Source of the DNA: Octopus vulgaris
Lineage: Eukaryota
Reading direction: 5' to 3'
Assembly (NCBI GenBank): GCA_951406725.2
Contig: OX597817.1
Span: 60,202,001 to 60,266,000, forward strand
DNA: 64,000 nucleotides
Part shown: positions 15,081 through 27,416 of the stretch, piece after piece
How the letters are laid out: each line of letters begins with the position of its first letter
Position numbering within the stretch: the stretch's first letter is position 1
Position numbers and translations under genes: made by a program
Notes under the pieces: generated by a model
What the model saw: only the letters and a program-made list of their open reading frames with translations
Database searches by the model: none
What the model was told of the DNA's origin: nothing

Positions 15081-16367
15081 GGAATAAATTATTTTTTCAG
15101 TTCATATCAAAACCAGACGAGTTACCTCCCTTCGACCAGTTATTTTTGTCTCGACTCGTTTCTTCTCAAAACTTTCTCTTTTCAATATACGAAATGTCGA
15201 AGGTTTGAATCAATCGATTTGCCTCGTTGCCATCGCATTCACCTCTTCAATATTCTATTAGAGATAAAAGCAAACAGTGAACCTCGTATCAAATTGCTGA
15301 AAACTTTATTTTCTATAAGACGAAAGCAATACATCGAGAGTAGGACGTCTGGAATGGTTGCAGAAGATATGGCTTCGACTCCCCCCAGGAAGCCTTTGGT
15401 GTTTTCTGTCTCAGGGGATTTCTAATCTAGTACTTACATAGCTTTTATTTATTGCTTTTTCTACTTCGAGTTCCACTGCTAAAAACAAATAAGACTGTTA
15501 ACCGTCGTAGCAAAGATTAAAAAAGTATTAAAATTATGGATGCCATTACAGAGGTAGAAGACTCGTTTTATCCATTCAAAACCCCACAGAAACTGTAAAT
15601 CATTCATTATTTGGTATCAAAATTTTCGTCGCAGTATCTGTGACCTGGTCATTGACGCAGTTCCACTAAAAATGTTTAAGTGAGGTCAACAGTCTTTGTG
15701 CGTCTTTGAATGGCTAAAGTGAGTCTTTAAAGCTGTAATCGTATTACTCTCAACACATAAGACTCATATCAAATCACTTGTCAGATAAGTACGATTCCAA
15801 GTATTATAAATGATGGTAAAAAATTTGAAATATTTTTATGTTTGGCAGGGAATAAAGGCTTGAAGAGAAATAAAAAAAATTGTGATATTCAATTTTTTTT
15901 TTTTTTAAAGGGATCCAAACTAATGATCGAAACCGTGTCTCTTGTTTTACACTGCTGGTTAAAGTTGAGATCCTCACTTTTAACTTTGGTATAAAGCTAC
16001 AGATTAAGGGACGGATGGTGTGTCCTGTTATATCGTCACTTGAGCAGACGCAGTAAATTACTGGTATATATTTTCGATTAGCCCAGAATAACGAAAGGTA
16101 CAACTACACTAGTTGGAATTGAACTCAAAACTCAAAAGTTTGTAACTAAATATTACAAACCATTTAAGTCACCATTCTGCTCTTTCTATCTCCTTCACAC
16201 TTCTGTATGATTAGATGGAGTCTGATAATTTACAGTTTGAGATTTCATGGAGAATCAAATAGTTTATTCCATTCTCCATTTTGTACTTCATCTTTGTATT
16301 TTATTGAGCTGTTGCGTCTAATTAAACTGTAATCAACATAATTTTGAATATTTCAACTGAACTTTCA

Positions 16368-16554
16368 TTACAGTTCTATATTTAAGAGATGAGGAATTAT
16401 TTACATTATTTACATTTGACGGATATTTGTCCTCATCTTGTTTGTTGTTAACACAACGTTTCGGCCGATATACCCTCCAGCCTTCATCAGGTGTCTTGGG
16501 GGAAATTTCGAACCTAGGTTCTCATTCCTAAGGTATTTCTCGATGTTGTTGTTG

Positions 16555-16603
<49 letters not shown>

Positions 16604-16772
16604 TCACTACCTGGAATCGAACTCGGAATCTTGGAGTTAGTAACACGCGCTCTTAACCACTACGCCATATGCCCACGGGCATATGGCGTAGAGGGTATAT
16701 CAGCCGAAACGTTGTGTTAACAACAAACAAGATGAGGACAAATATCCATCAAATGTAAACAATGTAAATAAT
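16368..16772 (-). mobile_element. tRNA-headed, hammerhead-tailed short retroelement with Penelope-type inverted 5' junction
   Basis: Minus strand: tRNA-like head gggcatatggcgtagtggttaag...gagttcgattcc (16674-16610), then (AAT)n, then a hammerhead at 16495-16450. Hairpin junction at 16661-16690. Inverted tail copy at 16691-16772. Confidence 0.75.
16450..16495 (-). ncRNA. type-I minimal hammerhead ribozyme
   Basis: GACAC-CTGATGA-a-GGCTG-gagggtatat-CGGCC-GAAA-C-GTT-GTGTT. Stem III is the palindrome AACGTT. The inverted copy has CAGCC in stem II. Confidence 0.75.
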
Positions 16773-17741
16773 AAACTTTCATTAGTTTAGAATGTGTGTT
16801 AAGTTACGGACATTTTAGGGTCGCCTTGTAGAGTGTGTGAAGACGCGTGATCCAGTGGTTGGCGTGTTGCACTCACGATCGCATGTTTGTTGTTTCGATT
16901 CTCGGACCGGGCGATGTGTTGTGTTCTTAAACGAAACACTTCTTTTAACATTGCTCCAGTCCACTCAGCCGTAAATGCGTGACCCTGAAACGGATCGGCT
17001 TCCCGTTCAGAAGCAAAATGGTGTTCGTCTCATCCATTTATGCACCATGGAAACCAACCAACCTAGTTATGAGTCCTAGGAGTTGAGGTAGTAATGTCCA
17101 GGGACATTTATATAATGTGAGGTGGCGCATTATGATCGAGGATCCATCTTTGATCTTGCTGTATGGCATCTGGGGCAACGATCATTTTCTATCGCCTCGG
17201 GTTGACCCTTACCTTCCAAGTGAAATCAGGTTAACAGAAACTGTGCAGAAGGTGGTTCTGCGTGAGAATTGCATTAAGAGTATACAGATCTGAGGAATAC
17301 ACAGCCACATTTACACTAATTCAATGGTTGTAGTAATTTGATTAGTCTAACAAATGGAAATTGCTGTTCAAAAATTCTAACCGAAATCGATTTTCTGTAA
17401 TATGGTTTGGTTTGTTGTAAAATATGAAAGTGTTCAGAGCCCTGCGCTGAGAGTCTTTAAAAGCAAATGTGGATAGAATAGAATGGGGAGATAAGATTAA
17501 CGTTAAGCCAGGATACATGTGAAATATAGAGAGCGATGGCAATCTATTCTTTACACAACGGTGCACATGGGTATCACATTTACATTCCCTTCAAGTAGAA
17601 TTTAATTTGTCAATAGGTCTAAAGATATTCAGAAATAAATATAGATGTTTGTTTAACTGTGATAGAACGGAAATGTATTGCGAATGGTGTGTAATATGGT
17701 TCAAATGAATGCTGTTTTTTAGTTTATGTTACAAGAAAATA

Positions 17742-17759
17742 TTTATTTTCAGATTTATT
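17742..17759 (-). terminator. candidate polyadenylation signals (2x AATAAA) of the minus-strand gene
   Basis: tttatt on the + strand at 17742-17747 and 17754-17759, about 50-65 nt past the stop codon. Confidence 0.5.
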
Positions 17760-17807
17760 ATTTCGAATTAATTTTTCTTCAATCGTACAAACATTAGAAG
17801 CAGAAAT

Positions 17808-18042
17808 TCATTTTATTCTCGAAGAGAGAGAAAGTTTGTTGATGTAGTCGGTGATAGCCTTGCGAGAGCCAACACTGTTCTGGAGATATGCGTTATACGA
17901 AGCTAAGAGGTTAGCTCTGTTTGATGGATGGACTTCCTTTAAACGTTTTAGCTCCTGTCTACAGAAGTCCTTTTCTCGATGTTTCCAGTTCTCGGTGACT
18001 TTCTTCTGTGAATTCGCTTTCTGTTTGCGGATGAGTTCTTTC
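17808..18042 (-). CDS. uncharacterised ~1,900-aa protein, coding exon 8 (terminal)
   Basis: Acceptor ttattgattatttacag, phase 2. Encodes KELIRKQKANSQKKVTENWKHREKDFCRQELKRLKEVHPSNRANLLASYNAYLQNSVGSRKAITDYINKLSLSSRIK*. Confidence 0.85.
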
Positions 18043-18214
18043 CTGTAAATAATCAATAACTTATTTAAGACACACAACGAACAATGCTTTTTTTGTTGTT
18101 CAACTCCATCGAAGGGCCGTCTGGCCACGTAAGGGCATCGTTTTTCATAAAGCTATTTTTTTAGTAGATTAAATTGACAAGAAGCTTAATTCTTTTTCTA
18201 AAACCAGTTACCTA

Positions 18215-18228
18215 GTTTCCATGGCAAC
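18215..18228. promoter_or_regulatory. X-box (RFX-binding) motif
   Basis: GTTTCCATGGCAAC matches the GTTNCCATGGNAAC consensus. Confidence 0.4.
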
Positions 18229-18244
18229 AAGTAAGCGACATCAC

Positions 18245-18410
18245 TACGTTCTGAGTTCAGATTCCGCCGAGGTTGACCTTGCCTTTCATCTTTTCGGGGT
18301 CGATAAATTAAGTACCAGTTACGCACTGGAGTCGATGTAATCGACTTAATTCGTTTATCTGTCCTTGTTTGTCCCCTCTATATTTAGCCCCTTGTGGGTA
18401 GTAAAGAAAC
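18245..18410 (+). mobile_element. tRNA-derived SINE
   Basis: tacgttctgagttcagattccgccgaggttgaccttgcctttcatcttttcggggtcgataaattaagtacc. Confidence 0.85.
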
Positions 18411-18984
18411 AATATTCCACCTGAATGGAACGTTGGTCAGTTGCCGGGTTCAAGGTCAGTAATTTTGAGGGGAGGGGGTCTTAGTTGATTCCATCGACTC
18501 CAGTACTTGACTCGTCCTTTATTTCATTGACTCTGAAAGGGTGAAAGGCAAATTCTTCCATCTCTTTACGTTCTGAGTTCAAATCTCGCCAAGCGATTTG
18601 AACACGGAACCTAAAGAGATGCCGCTGATAATTCTGCCAGTTGGCTGCTGTTTGGTTGAATACTAATAACATTTTACTCGAGGGGTACATACATATCTGG
18701 ATTGTTATTATTAATGGTAGTGACGAGTCACATAAATCATTTAGTCACGAAATCAACAACCGACAGAAGTCACATTGGTGGAGGTCATCCTGTCGCCAAG
18801 TTTTCGCTGTTCAAATCCCATTCAGCCTCGAACGACATGTATGATCAATGATTCATTTCAATTTAATTCGAAACGTTCTAATCCTGCCTCGGTCAATTTT
18901 ACTTTCCCTCTTTCCGGCACCAATAAAACAAAATACCCGTTTAGTAGTGAGTTTTATGCCATTCACTGTACCCCACACCACACG

Positions 18985-19125
18985 AAGCAGACATGGAAGC
19001 GGAGCATTTTGGACGAGCTCAAGACCAACGACCTGACATGCGAAGCAGCCAAGAAACACACCAATGACCGCAAAAAGTGGGAAACAACTGTTGAGGCCCT
19101 ATGCTCCACAAGGGGAAAAAAGGAT

Positions 19126-19156
<31 letters not shown>

Positions 19157-19175
19157 AAGAAGAAGAAGAAGAAGA
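18985..19175 (+). mobile_element. RTE-type LINE 3' end with (GAA)n tail
   Basis: KQTWKRSILDELK...AAKKHTNDRKKWETTVEALCSTRG* followed directly by (GAA)n. Confidence 0.75.
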
Positions 19176-20750
19176 CACCATAAAAAAAAAAAAAGTTTGG
19201 CCTTCTGCCTATTTAAGAAATTTAACCGAATTTAATGTTGTTCCATTTTTATCGAAGTGGGTGAGTTTCGCACTTTTACCAAGTAAATCAATTCCAGACA
19301 CAATTTTAGAGACACAGACCCACACATCATTCTGAATTTCCAGTTTCGCATGAAATAAGTTTTTCTTTCTCTGCTCTTAAATATGGCTGGAAGGTCTTCT
19401 TCACTACGGTAAGCGAATCAAAATCGCTAAAAGCTCTCCACACATTTGAAAGAAACCTGGATGGCCTTTTATTGGTTGTGATTACTTCAAGATTCCGTGT
19501 CCATACTTTTCCTGTTCCCTCGATTACGCGTACCCCGGTTGGCACAATGCCATAAATTCTTTCAGTGGAAAGCAGTTAGTTAATTACATCGACACCAGTG
19601 TATGACTGGTACTTAATTTTATCGACTCGGAATGGATGAGAGGCAAAGTCGACCTCCGTGCCATATGAACAGTCGAATAACCCTGTCTATTATTAGCATA
19701 AGACCTGACATTTTTTTAGGGGAGGGGATAATCGATTAGTTTGATCGCAGTGCTTAATTCATCGAACCCGAAAGGATGAAAAAAAAAGTCGACTTCGATG
19801 GAATTTGAACTCAGAACGTAAAGACGGACGCACCACTAAAACTATTCCGGGTCAATTTTCGTTGGTGTGTCATTTAGAAAGAACTGCGGACGGCAGTCTG
19901 CCCACGACGGCTCTACGCAGTCAGACGACCTGCAGAAATAGCAGCAATAGACCCATTAGAAATAGCAAATATCCCTCAAACCACACCGTAGCACTAAAGA
20001 TAATAATATGAGCTAGCTGGACCCATGAACAATTCACGGAAAACATGAAAAAATATAAGCATCTGTAAACAGTGTACTGGTGCCATGAGAAATGTTTGTA
20101 TATTATGACCGTCTGTCTATACGTTCTGAGTTCAAATTCTGCCGAGGTCGACTTTGCCTTTCGTCCTTTGGAGGTCGATAAATTAAGTACCAGTTGTGTA
20201 CTGGAGTCGATCTAATCAACTGGCCCCTTCCCCACAAAAGTTTCAGGCCTAGGAAAGTATATTGTGACAGTTACAGAATATAGAAATTAATGTAACACCA
20301 ATGACTATATAATCCAAGCAAAATATCTCAGTTACACAAACGTAAACAGAATTACTATTTAACCTTAGAATGAATCATAACATATTCAAAGAACCTTCTT
20401 GGTTTAATGGTAGGGAACGTTCTTCTGGTATTCTTTTAGTCTTTTACTTGTTTCAATCATTTGGTGGTTCGGCAAAAGAGCCCGATAGAATAAGTACTAA
20501 GCTTACAAAAAATAAGTCCTGGTGTTGATTTGTTCGACTAAATGCGGTGTTCCAGCATGGCCACAGTCAAATGACTGAAGCTCTCCCCAGACACAGCAAA
20601 AAAATAAAGAATAAAATGGTTTTCTCTCTTGTAATAACTGCAAGCATCAAGGGAAAGACGAAAGTGTGAATTAAATTTAGTATGACTGAGTTATTTCCCT
20701 TTAATCATTTGGTCCTTTTTTAAAAAATTTAAACCCGAACAACACTTAAC

Positions 20751-20896
20751 TCCTTTTTATATTGTTTCTCTATTCTCTTGATTGTCTTGGAAGGGATTTC
20801 CGGTAGAATTAAAGTGTCCAGCTTTAGGTCTTCTGTTGGGTCACACAAACCCGTTGCTGTCTGGCGGCTACGATAGCTCGGGAAAGGAGCTTGCGG
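20751..20896 (-). CDS. uncharacterised protein, coding exon 7
   Basis: Acceptor ttttctctcttttccag, donor GA|gttaag. 146 nt, phase 0 to 2. Encodes PQAPFPSYRSRQTATGLCDPTEDLKLDTLILPEIPSKTIKRIEKQYKK. Confidence 0.8.
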
Positions 20897-21016
20897 CTGG
20901 AAAAGAGAGAAAAGCAAGAAATATGTAACATGAAGACGAATAAAATAAGTTGTACGCAGAAGCACAGACATGGCTGCCACGCGATTAAGAAACTCTCCTT
21001 GTAACCAACTGCTATA

Positions 21017-21475
21017 GTTATTTTATCGATCTTGTTTGGCAAACCGCCAAGTTATTTAATGGAATAGTTTTGGCGAACCGCTAAGTTATTTTATAGATCT
21101 CCTTTAGCGAACCACTAAGTTATTTTATCGATCACGTTTGTTGAACTTCTAAGTTATTTTACCGATCGTCTTTGGGGAACCGCTAAGTTATTTTATCGAT
21201 CTATTTTGGCGAAACGCTAGATTATTTTATCGATATCTTTTAGCGAAACGCCAAGTTATTTTATCGATCTACTTTGGCGAACTGCTAAGTTATTTTATCG
21301 CTAACCTTTGGCGAACTGCTAAGTTATTTCATCGCTAACCTTTGACGAACCGCTAAGTTATTTTATCGATCTCCTTCGGCGAACCTCGAAGTTATTTTAT
21401 TGATCAGGTTTGGCGAGCCGCTAAGTTATTTCATCGATATCCTTTGTCGAACCGCTAATGTTATTTTATCGATCT
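21017..21475 (+). repeat. ~34-bp minisatellite, ~13 copies
   Basis: Unit ~gttattttatcgatctcctttggcgaaccgctaa repeated head to tail with no spacers. Confidence 0.92.
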
Positions 21476-21781
21476 CGCCGTGTCTCTGTCGCTCTTCTCC
21501 CGCCACCCCTCTCATTGTACGTTTGTCTGCATCTATAGAGAGAAAGCGTTGACAGCCGCAAAAGTTTAAATATTCCCGCCACAAGTCTTTTAGAACGGTG
21601 AATTATTATCGCCCACCACCACCGCACAATCTTAAAAGATTTTATTAATCAGATATATTGTGTTAATTTATATATATGTGTGTATATATAAATATATATG
21701 TTTGTAGACATGTATATATAATGCGTATACATATACATATTTAATGCGTATGTATATATATATATATGTATATACATATAT

Positions 21782-21831
<50 letters not shown>

Positions 21832-21848
21832 CATACATATATATATAC

Positions 21849-21883
<35 letters not shown>

Positions 21884-22121
21884 ATGTGTGTATATGTGGT
21901 CGGATTGAGCTGAAAATATGCACACCTATGTTAAAAGTGCCAGCGAGTTTGCCTGGCAACATTGAGTTTGCTGAATTGAAAGGCATGGCCTCTAGGGTAA
22001 AATTCCTCATCTTTTAAAATGTGGCCCGCGTAGACCCGAATGAAATCGGGTTATAATTCCGGATCAGGTAAACAATAATAAACTATTTTAATCTCGAGCA
22101 AGGCCGGGTATATCTGTCTAA

Positions 22122-22582
22122 TCTATAAAATGAAGAAGGCAAACGTTGATACAAATTGGATTTTTTTGTAAAAAGGGGTCTAAATGGGGCTGGAAGGGGA
22201 TTGAAATTTACAAGAGGGGGTAACTTGTGGTGATAAATTGATTGGGAGACGTTTAAGGGCGCTACAGTGGTTGCTTTGGTGTGAAAACGAGGTTTTATTG
22301 ATCTTTGGGGACACTTGGGGGTCTAAATTGGACACCTTTTGCCCGATTTCAATCAAATTTTCAACGTGGTAAAGTGGAAGCGGATTTGTAATTTAAGCGC
22401 GGAAATCTAATTTTTTATGAATGGGAGAGAGACAGATAAAGACTAAGAGAAATCGAGGGAAAGTGAGAGAGAAAAGAGAGAGAAACAAAGAGGGAGAATG
22501 TGGCGATAAGAAACAGAAAGGAAGCAACAGAAAGTAACAACCGCATCTTCACCCGCGCGTAGAGCGGGTAACCATAAGCTAG
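22122..22582 (+). mobile_element. non-autonomous Helitron (family 2)
   Basis: TC start. 3' hairpin cccgcgcgtagagcggg, then CTAG|T. Abuts another Helitron-like 3' end (ctcgagcaaggccggg...ctaa) at ~22093-22121. Confidence 0.75.
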
Positions 22583-22721
22583 TATATATATATATATACT
22601 TATATACGTGCATGCCTGCATACATATATGTTTGTTATGTGTGTGATTGTGTTTGCCCCCCCCCCCCGGCTCAATTCCGATCATTGGTTCGAAAAAACTT
22701 AAAGTGGTTTCATTTATTATA

Positions 22722-23232
22722 TCCATATATATAAAACTGTAGTTGTGTGAGTGTCTGTCCCCTTCGATTTAGATTCCTAACTACTCCCACATTTTGCGGT
22801 GCAGTTTAACCAAATTCGGGTATCTTATAGTCGTGATTCATATCGAGCCCGTCTGAGTATTAGCGCGCGTCTACGATGAGTCTACGATTTTAAAAATAAT
22901 TTAACATATTTTTTATTCCATTTTAATGCATAATTTTCGTGTGTCGATGGCGGCGGAGTTGGCGTCCATGGTCACACCTGCACCTGTTTGCTTCTCCCCC
23001 TTCTTCCCTCCCTCGTGAAGCTGTGGGGAAGGGAGTGTAAGGAAATCAACGTCGTAAAGCGCTGTCAAGGAGACCAGCGTTCTTTTAGAACAACGACTTC
23101 ATGGCTTGAAGACACCAAAACAGAAATGGCTAAGAAAGCCCGAATTGGCATCTATAAGGGAAGTAACACTCTAAAAATGTTTATATAGTTATTTCCCTTA
23201 CAAAACCGAGCAACGCCGGGCGATACTGCTAG
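22722..23232 (+). mobile_element. non-autonomous Helitron
   Basis: Near-identical to 14332-14841; hairpin plus CTAG|T end. Confidence 0.88.
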
Positions 23233-23370
23233 TATATATATATATATACTTATATACGTGCATGCCTGCATACATATATGTTTGTTATGTGTGTGATTGT
23301 GTTTGCCCCCCCCCCCCGCTTAATTCCGATCATTGGTTCGAAAAAACTTAAAGTGGTTTCATTTATTATA

Positions 23371-23766
23371 TCTTTATATATAAAAGTGAAGTTGTGTGTC
23401 TGTCTCCTACGATTTAGATTCCTAACTACTCCCACATTTTGCGGTGCAGTTTAACCAAAACCGGGTATCTTATAGTCGTGATTCATATCGAGCCCTTCTG
23501 GGTATTAGCGCGCGTCTACGATGAGTCTACGATTTTAAAAATAATTTACCATCATTTTTTCCATTTTAATGAATTTTTTCGCTATTATATAAGGGAAGTA
23601 ACTCTCTAAAAATGTCTACGATGAGTCAACGATTTAAAAAAAAATTTACCATAATTTTTTTCCATTTTTAATGCATTTTTTTGCTATTTTTTGGCTATAA
23701 CTCTCTAAAAATGCTTATATAGTTATTTCCCTTACAAATCCGAGCAACGCCGGGCGATACTGCTAG
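23371..23766 (+). mobile_element. non-autonomous Helitron
   Basis: Shares 5' and 3' ends with 12493-12889; CTAG|T end. Confidence 0.88.
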
Positions 23767-23779
23767 TATATTATATATA

Positions 23780-23922
23780 AGTGGTTATGTGGTAAGTAGC
23801 TTGCTAACCAACCACATGGTTCCGGGTTCAGTCCCACTGCGTGGCATCTTGGGCAAGGCCGACCAATGCCTTGTGAGTGGATTTGGTAGACGGAAACTGA
23901 AAGAAGCCTGTCGTATATATGA

Positions 23923-23954
<32 letters not shown>

Positions 23955-24157
23955 TTGTGTGTCTGTGTTTGTCCCCCTAGCATTGCTTGACAACCGATGC
24001 TGGTGTGTTTACGTCCCCGTCACTTAGCGGTTCGGCAAAAAGAGACCGATAGAATAAGTACTGGGCTTACAAAGGATAAGTCCCGGGGTCGATTTGCTTG
24101 ACTAAATGCGGTGCTCCAGCATGGCCGCAGTCAAATGATTGAAACAAGTAAAAGAGT
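23780..24157 (+). mobile_element. tRNA-derived SINE, second family
   Basis: Head gtggtaagtagcttgct...ggttcagtcccactgcgtggc, an internal microsatellite, and tail gcggtgctccagcatggccgcagtcaaatgattgaaac. Confidence 0.85.
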
Positions 24158-25503
24158 ATATATATATATATATATATATTTGTTTCCATCAAATCTTACT
24201 GTTTCTTCGCAAACTGTAGGGGAGAAGGGGACATATTTCAGGGCTGGGTGAAGGAGACGCGTATTGTTGGGACGAGTCGATGGCGCTAGTGGCCCAGTTA
24301 CCTCTCCACATATAAACTTAAGCTTAAACGAATGAATACATTTTTCTGCATATTGTTGACTTAAGGGATTACAGGGTTTTTAAAATGAAGACCACATATT
24401 TTAAGGGCTAAGTACTTTAAGGGCTTAGGGCAATATCTTAAATGAAGACCACATACTTTAAGGGCTTAGAGCAATATATCCCTTAATAACAACAAAGATG
24501 TCTCTATAAGAATTGCTCATTGAAGAGGGTCTCGTTTGATTAGTTACCTCTATGCTATGGGTTGGACTGAACTGGGTTAGAAAAACAATCAACAGACGAA
24601 AAATACACGGACATCGTATTTGCCGATTTTCTCCTATTTTCTAAGTATATTTTGTGAGAAAAACAAATTTACTATATTTCATCGTACACTTACTGAAAGA
24701 TGTTTTAAAGTGGTTTTGTAAGGAAAAGTCTACGATTCTGTTCACGTAAATACAAATATTGGGACAACAGAGTGGAATGAATTAGGAAACCCAAAATTTA
24801 TCATAAAAATAAATTACATTATACGAATCTCATGTCTCAATTGTGTTTTCTTTCAGATCAATTGTACGCTTGATTTTAGTCAAGAAGATTGCTAGACAGC
24901 AAATAAAATTCGTATTTCTGGTTGTGATGTTATATACAACAGTTTTTGGCAACCAGGGTGGCGAACCAGCGCTATGAGTTTGCTGTCGTCCACTCATTGC
25001 AAATGGCTGACAGGTGCATGAAAGTTTGCTAGCATTTCGTTCTCCTAGAGAGCTAGAAGAATTTTTCATTTAAAGATAATTAAAAATTGTTTCTTAAATG
25101 TAATACAATCATTAAATAATGTAAGACCTACATCAGATGTATAACGAGAATGATGTGACCTCTCAACACAACCGCCGACGTTTTGTATACAATTATTTCG
25201 CAAGTTTTGTACTAACAGATTAGGACAATTTGACTGGTTTTCATATATTTTATTATTAATAACAATTATTGTGCCTACAGTACTTATATTCTTCCGGATC
25301 TCTTGCCTACGAAACTCAGCTTCCCATCCATAAATACGGCTGCATAAGACGCAGGGCAATATTTAAAAAAAATACATTTTAAGAAGCATAAAAAAAGCGT
25401 GTCTTATTCATCGACAAATACAATAATTAGAAAAGGAGAAAATCTAAGCTTAACCACCATACTATGCCGACAAATACAATGAAAGCAGAACAGTTTGTCT
25501 TAC

Positions 25504-25582
25504 TTGTCTCATCATATACCGCACCAAGCTTGTATCATAGTAGGGCTTCAAGGAAGAGAACACGTACGGTTGGTGCTGGACT
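25504..25582 (-). CDS. uncharacterised protein, coding exon 6
   Basis: Acceptor ...cctcatcgattcgccag, donor CAA|gtaaga. 79 nt, phase 2 to 0. Encodes VQHQPYVFSSLKPYYDTSLVRYMMRQ. Confidence 0.82.
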
Positions 25583-25751
25583 CTGGCGAATCGATGAGGA
25601 AATGAAAATAGAAAATAAAAGGTTGTGAATTAAATTAGCATTTCTAATACACGGGGTAATTCAGAAATCCCTTTCCTACTTAAATGATATATAAAACTAT
25701 TTTACGATTTTTATTTTTTTTTTCATATTATCTTTGCTATTTTGTTATGAA

Positions 25752-25785
<34 letters not shown>

Positions 25786-25904
25786 CATACATACATACAT
25801 ACATACATACATACATACATACATACATACATACATACATACATACACACATACATACATACATACATACATACATACATGCATGCATGCATACATACAT
25901 ACAT

Positions 25905-25935
<31 letters not shown>

Positions 25936-26038
25936 TACATACATACATACATACATACATACATAATACATACATACATACATACATACATGCATACATA
26001 CATACATACATACATACATACATACATACATACATACA

Positions 26039-26069
<31 letters not shown>

Positions 26070-26070
<1 letters not shown>

Positions 26071-26475
26071 AGACCCCTTTGAATGAACAGCACATGGAAT
26101 TTATGTCTCCACACTTTCCATTTGTAATAACAAAATATGAACCCCTGTCGGAATCTACCATGGACAAGAAGCATTTCCACCACTTCTACACACCGCTTTC
26201 CTTGCATAATGGAACTGCATCTGTAACATCCTACATGCATTTTTATTTCTACTTTTATTCTCTCATTTCCCTTTATACTTCCTATCTCTATCCTTTCCCA
26301 AAATAACTCCTTACTTTGATTTCTACTATTTCCTTCCAGTTAACCTTCTCACATCGTCTCTGACGGAGGGATATCCCTAATATCCCAGAAACAGCTGTAA
26401 GACTAACTTTCTCTTTATAAATGTCCTGAAAATTCCATGCATCCTTGGCTTTGTTGTCTCATTTTATTTAACACA
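26070..26475 (+). mobile_element. Penelope-like element 3' end with hammerhead
   Basis: KTPLNEQH-like ORF end, pyrimidine-rich UTR, and a hammerhead at 26356-26403 (gtct-CTGACGG-a-GGGATA-tccctaa-TATCCC-a-GAAA-CAGCTG-TA-agac). Flanked by microsatellites. Confidence 0.6.
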
Positions 26476-26481
26476 TACACG

Positions 26482-26512
<31 letters not shown>

Positions 26513-26542
26513 ATACATACACACACACGCACGCACGAACGC

Positions 26543-26580
<38 letters not shown>

Positions 26581-26669
26581 GCGCGCGCACACACACACAC
26601 TCACGCACGCACGCACATGTATATCAATTCGTTTTGTAAGACTCCTGATGTTGTGAAATCGTGCGTCGA

Positions 26670-26891
26670 TAATTGTATTTCGGGATGGTGATTTTTTTTT
26701 TGCCGTTGCCAAATAAACACACGTACTATATATTTTTTATCTTCACTCGTTGATTCCTCATCTTATTTTATTATTTTAATTCATGTTCGTTGTCCGGAAA
26801 TCTTTCGTCGCACATCTGTGACCTCTTCAGCGACAGTTTTTATTTTCGTGTGTGTTCTTGCTCCACTTACTCCATTCTGTCCTTGTTTGTT

Positions 26892-26949
<58 letters not shown>

Positions 26950-27350
26950 TGTGTGTGTGTGTGTTTGTGTCTGTGTGTGATAGTTTGTAGCAGCAGTGTG
27001 GTCTTCCCCCCAGACTCATCCTCTCACACTATTGTGCTGTTGCTGTCCTAAGACCCTAAAATATGGTACAGTTCCTGTATCCCTCTGTGTATGTGTGTTC
27101 GCCACGGTGTTGCCATCGTGGTAGTTGTTATTGTTATTTTTGTCACCGCCGCTGCTGTTGTCGTTGTTAAACGTGTTGTTCACATTCTTGTGGCCGTCCA
27201 TGAAATTTCTTGTGTCTGTGTTAGTGTGTGTGTATGGGTTTGCTTCGTATGTTGTATGTATCCATGCTCTTTATATAGATTTATCTATTTTATCTATCTC
27301 TCTATCATATTTATCACAGGTAAAACTATCACACACAGACACAAACATAC

Positions 27351-27416
<66 letters not shown>

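Noticed and set aside
16610-16674. tRNA gene
   Set aside because: It has A and B boxes but no complete acceptor stem, and it runs into a repeat body. It is a SINE-type head, like the other tRNA-like segments in the window.
21017-21475. CRISPR-like array
   Set aside because: Units are contiguous with no unique spacers, there are no cas genes, the context is eukaryotic, and the unit derives from a SINE.
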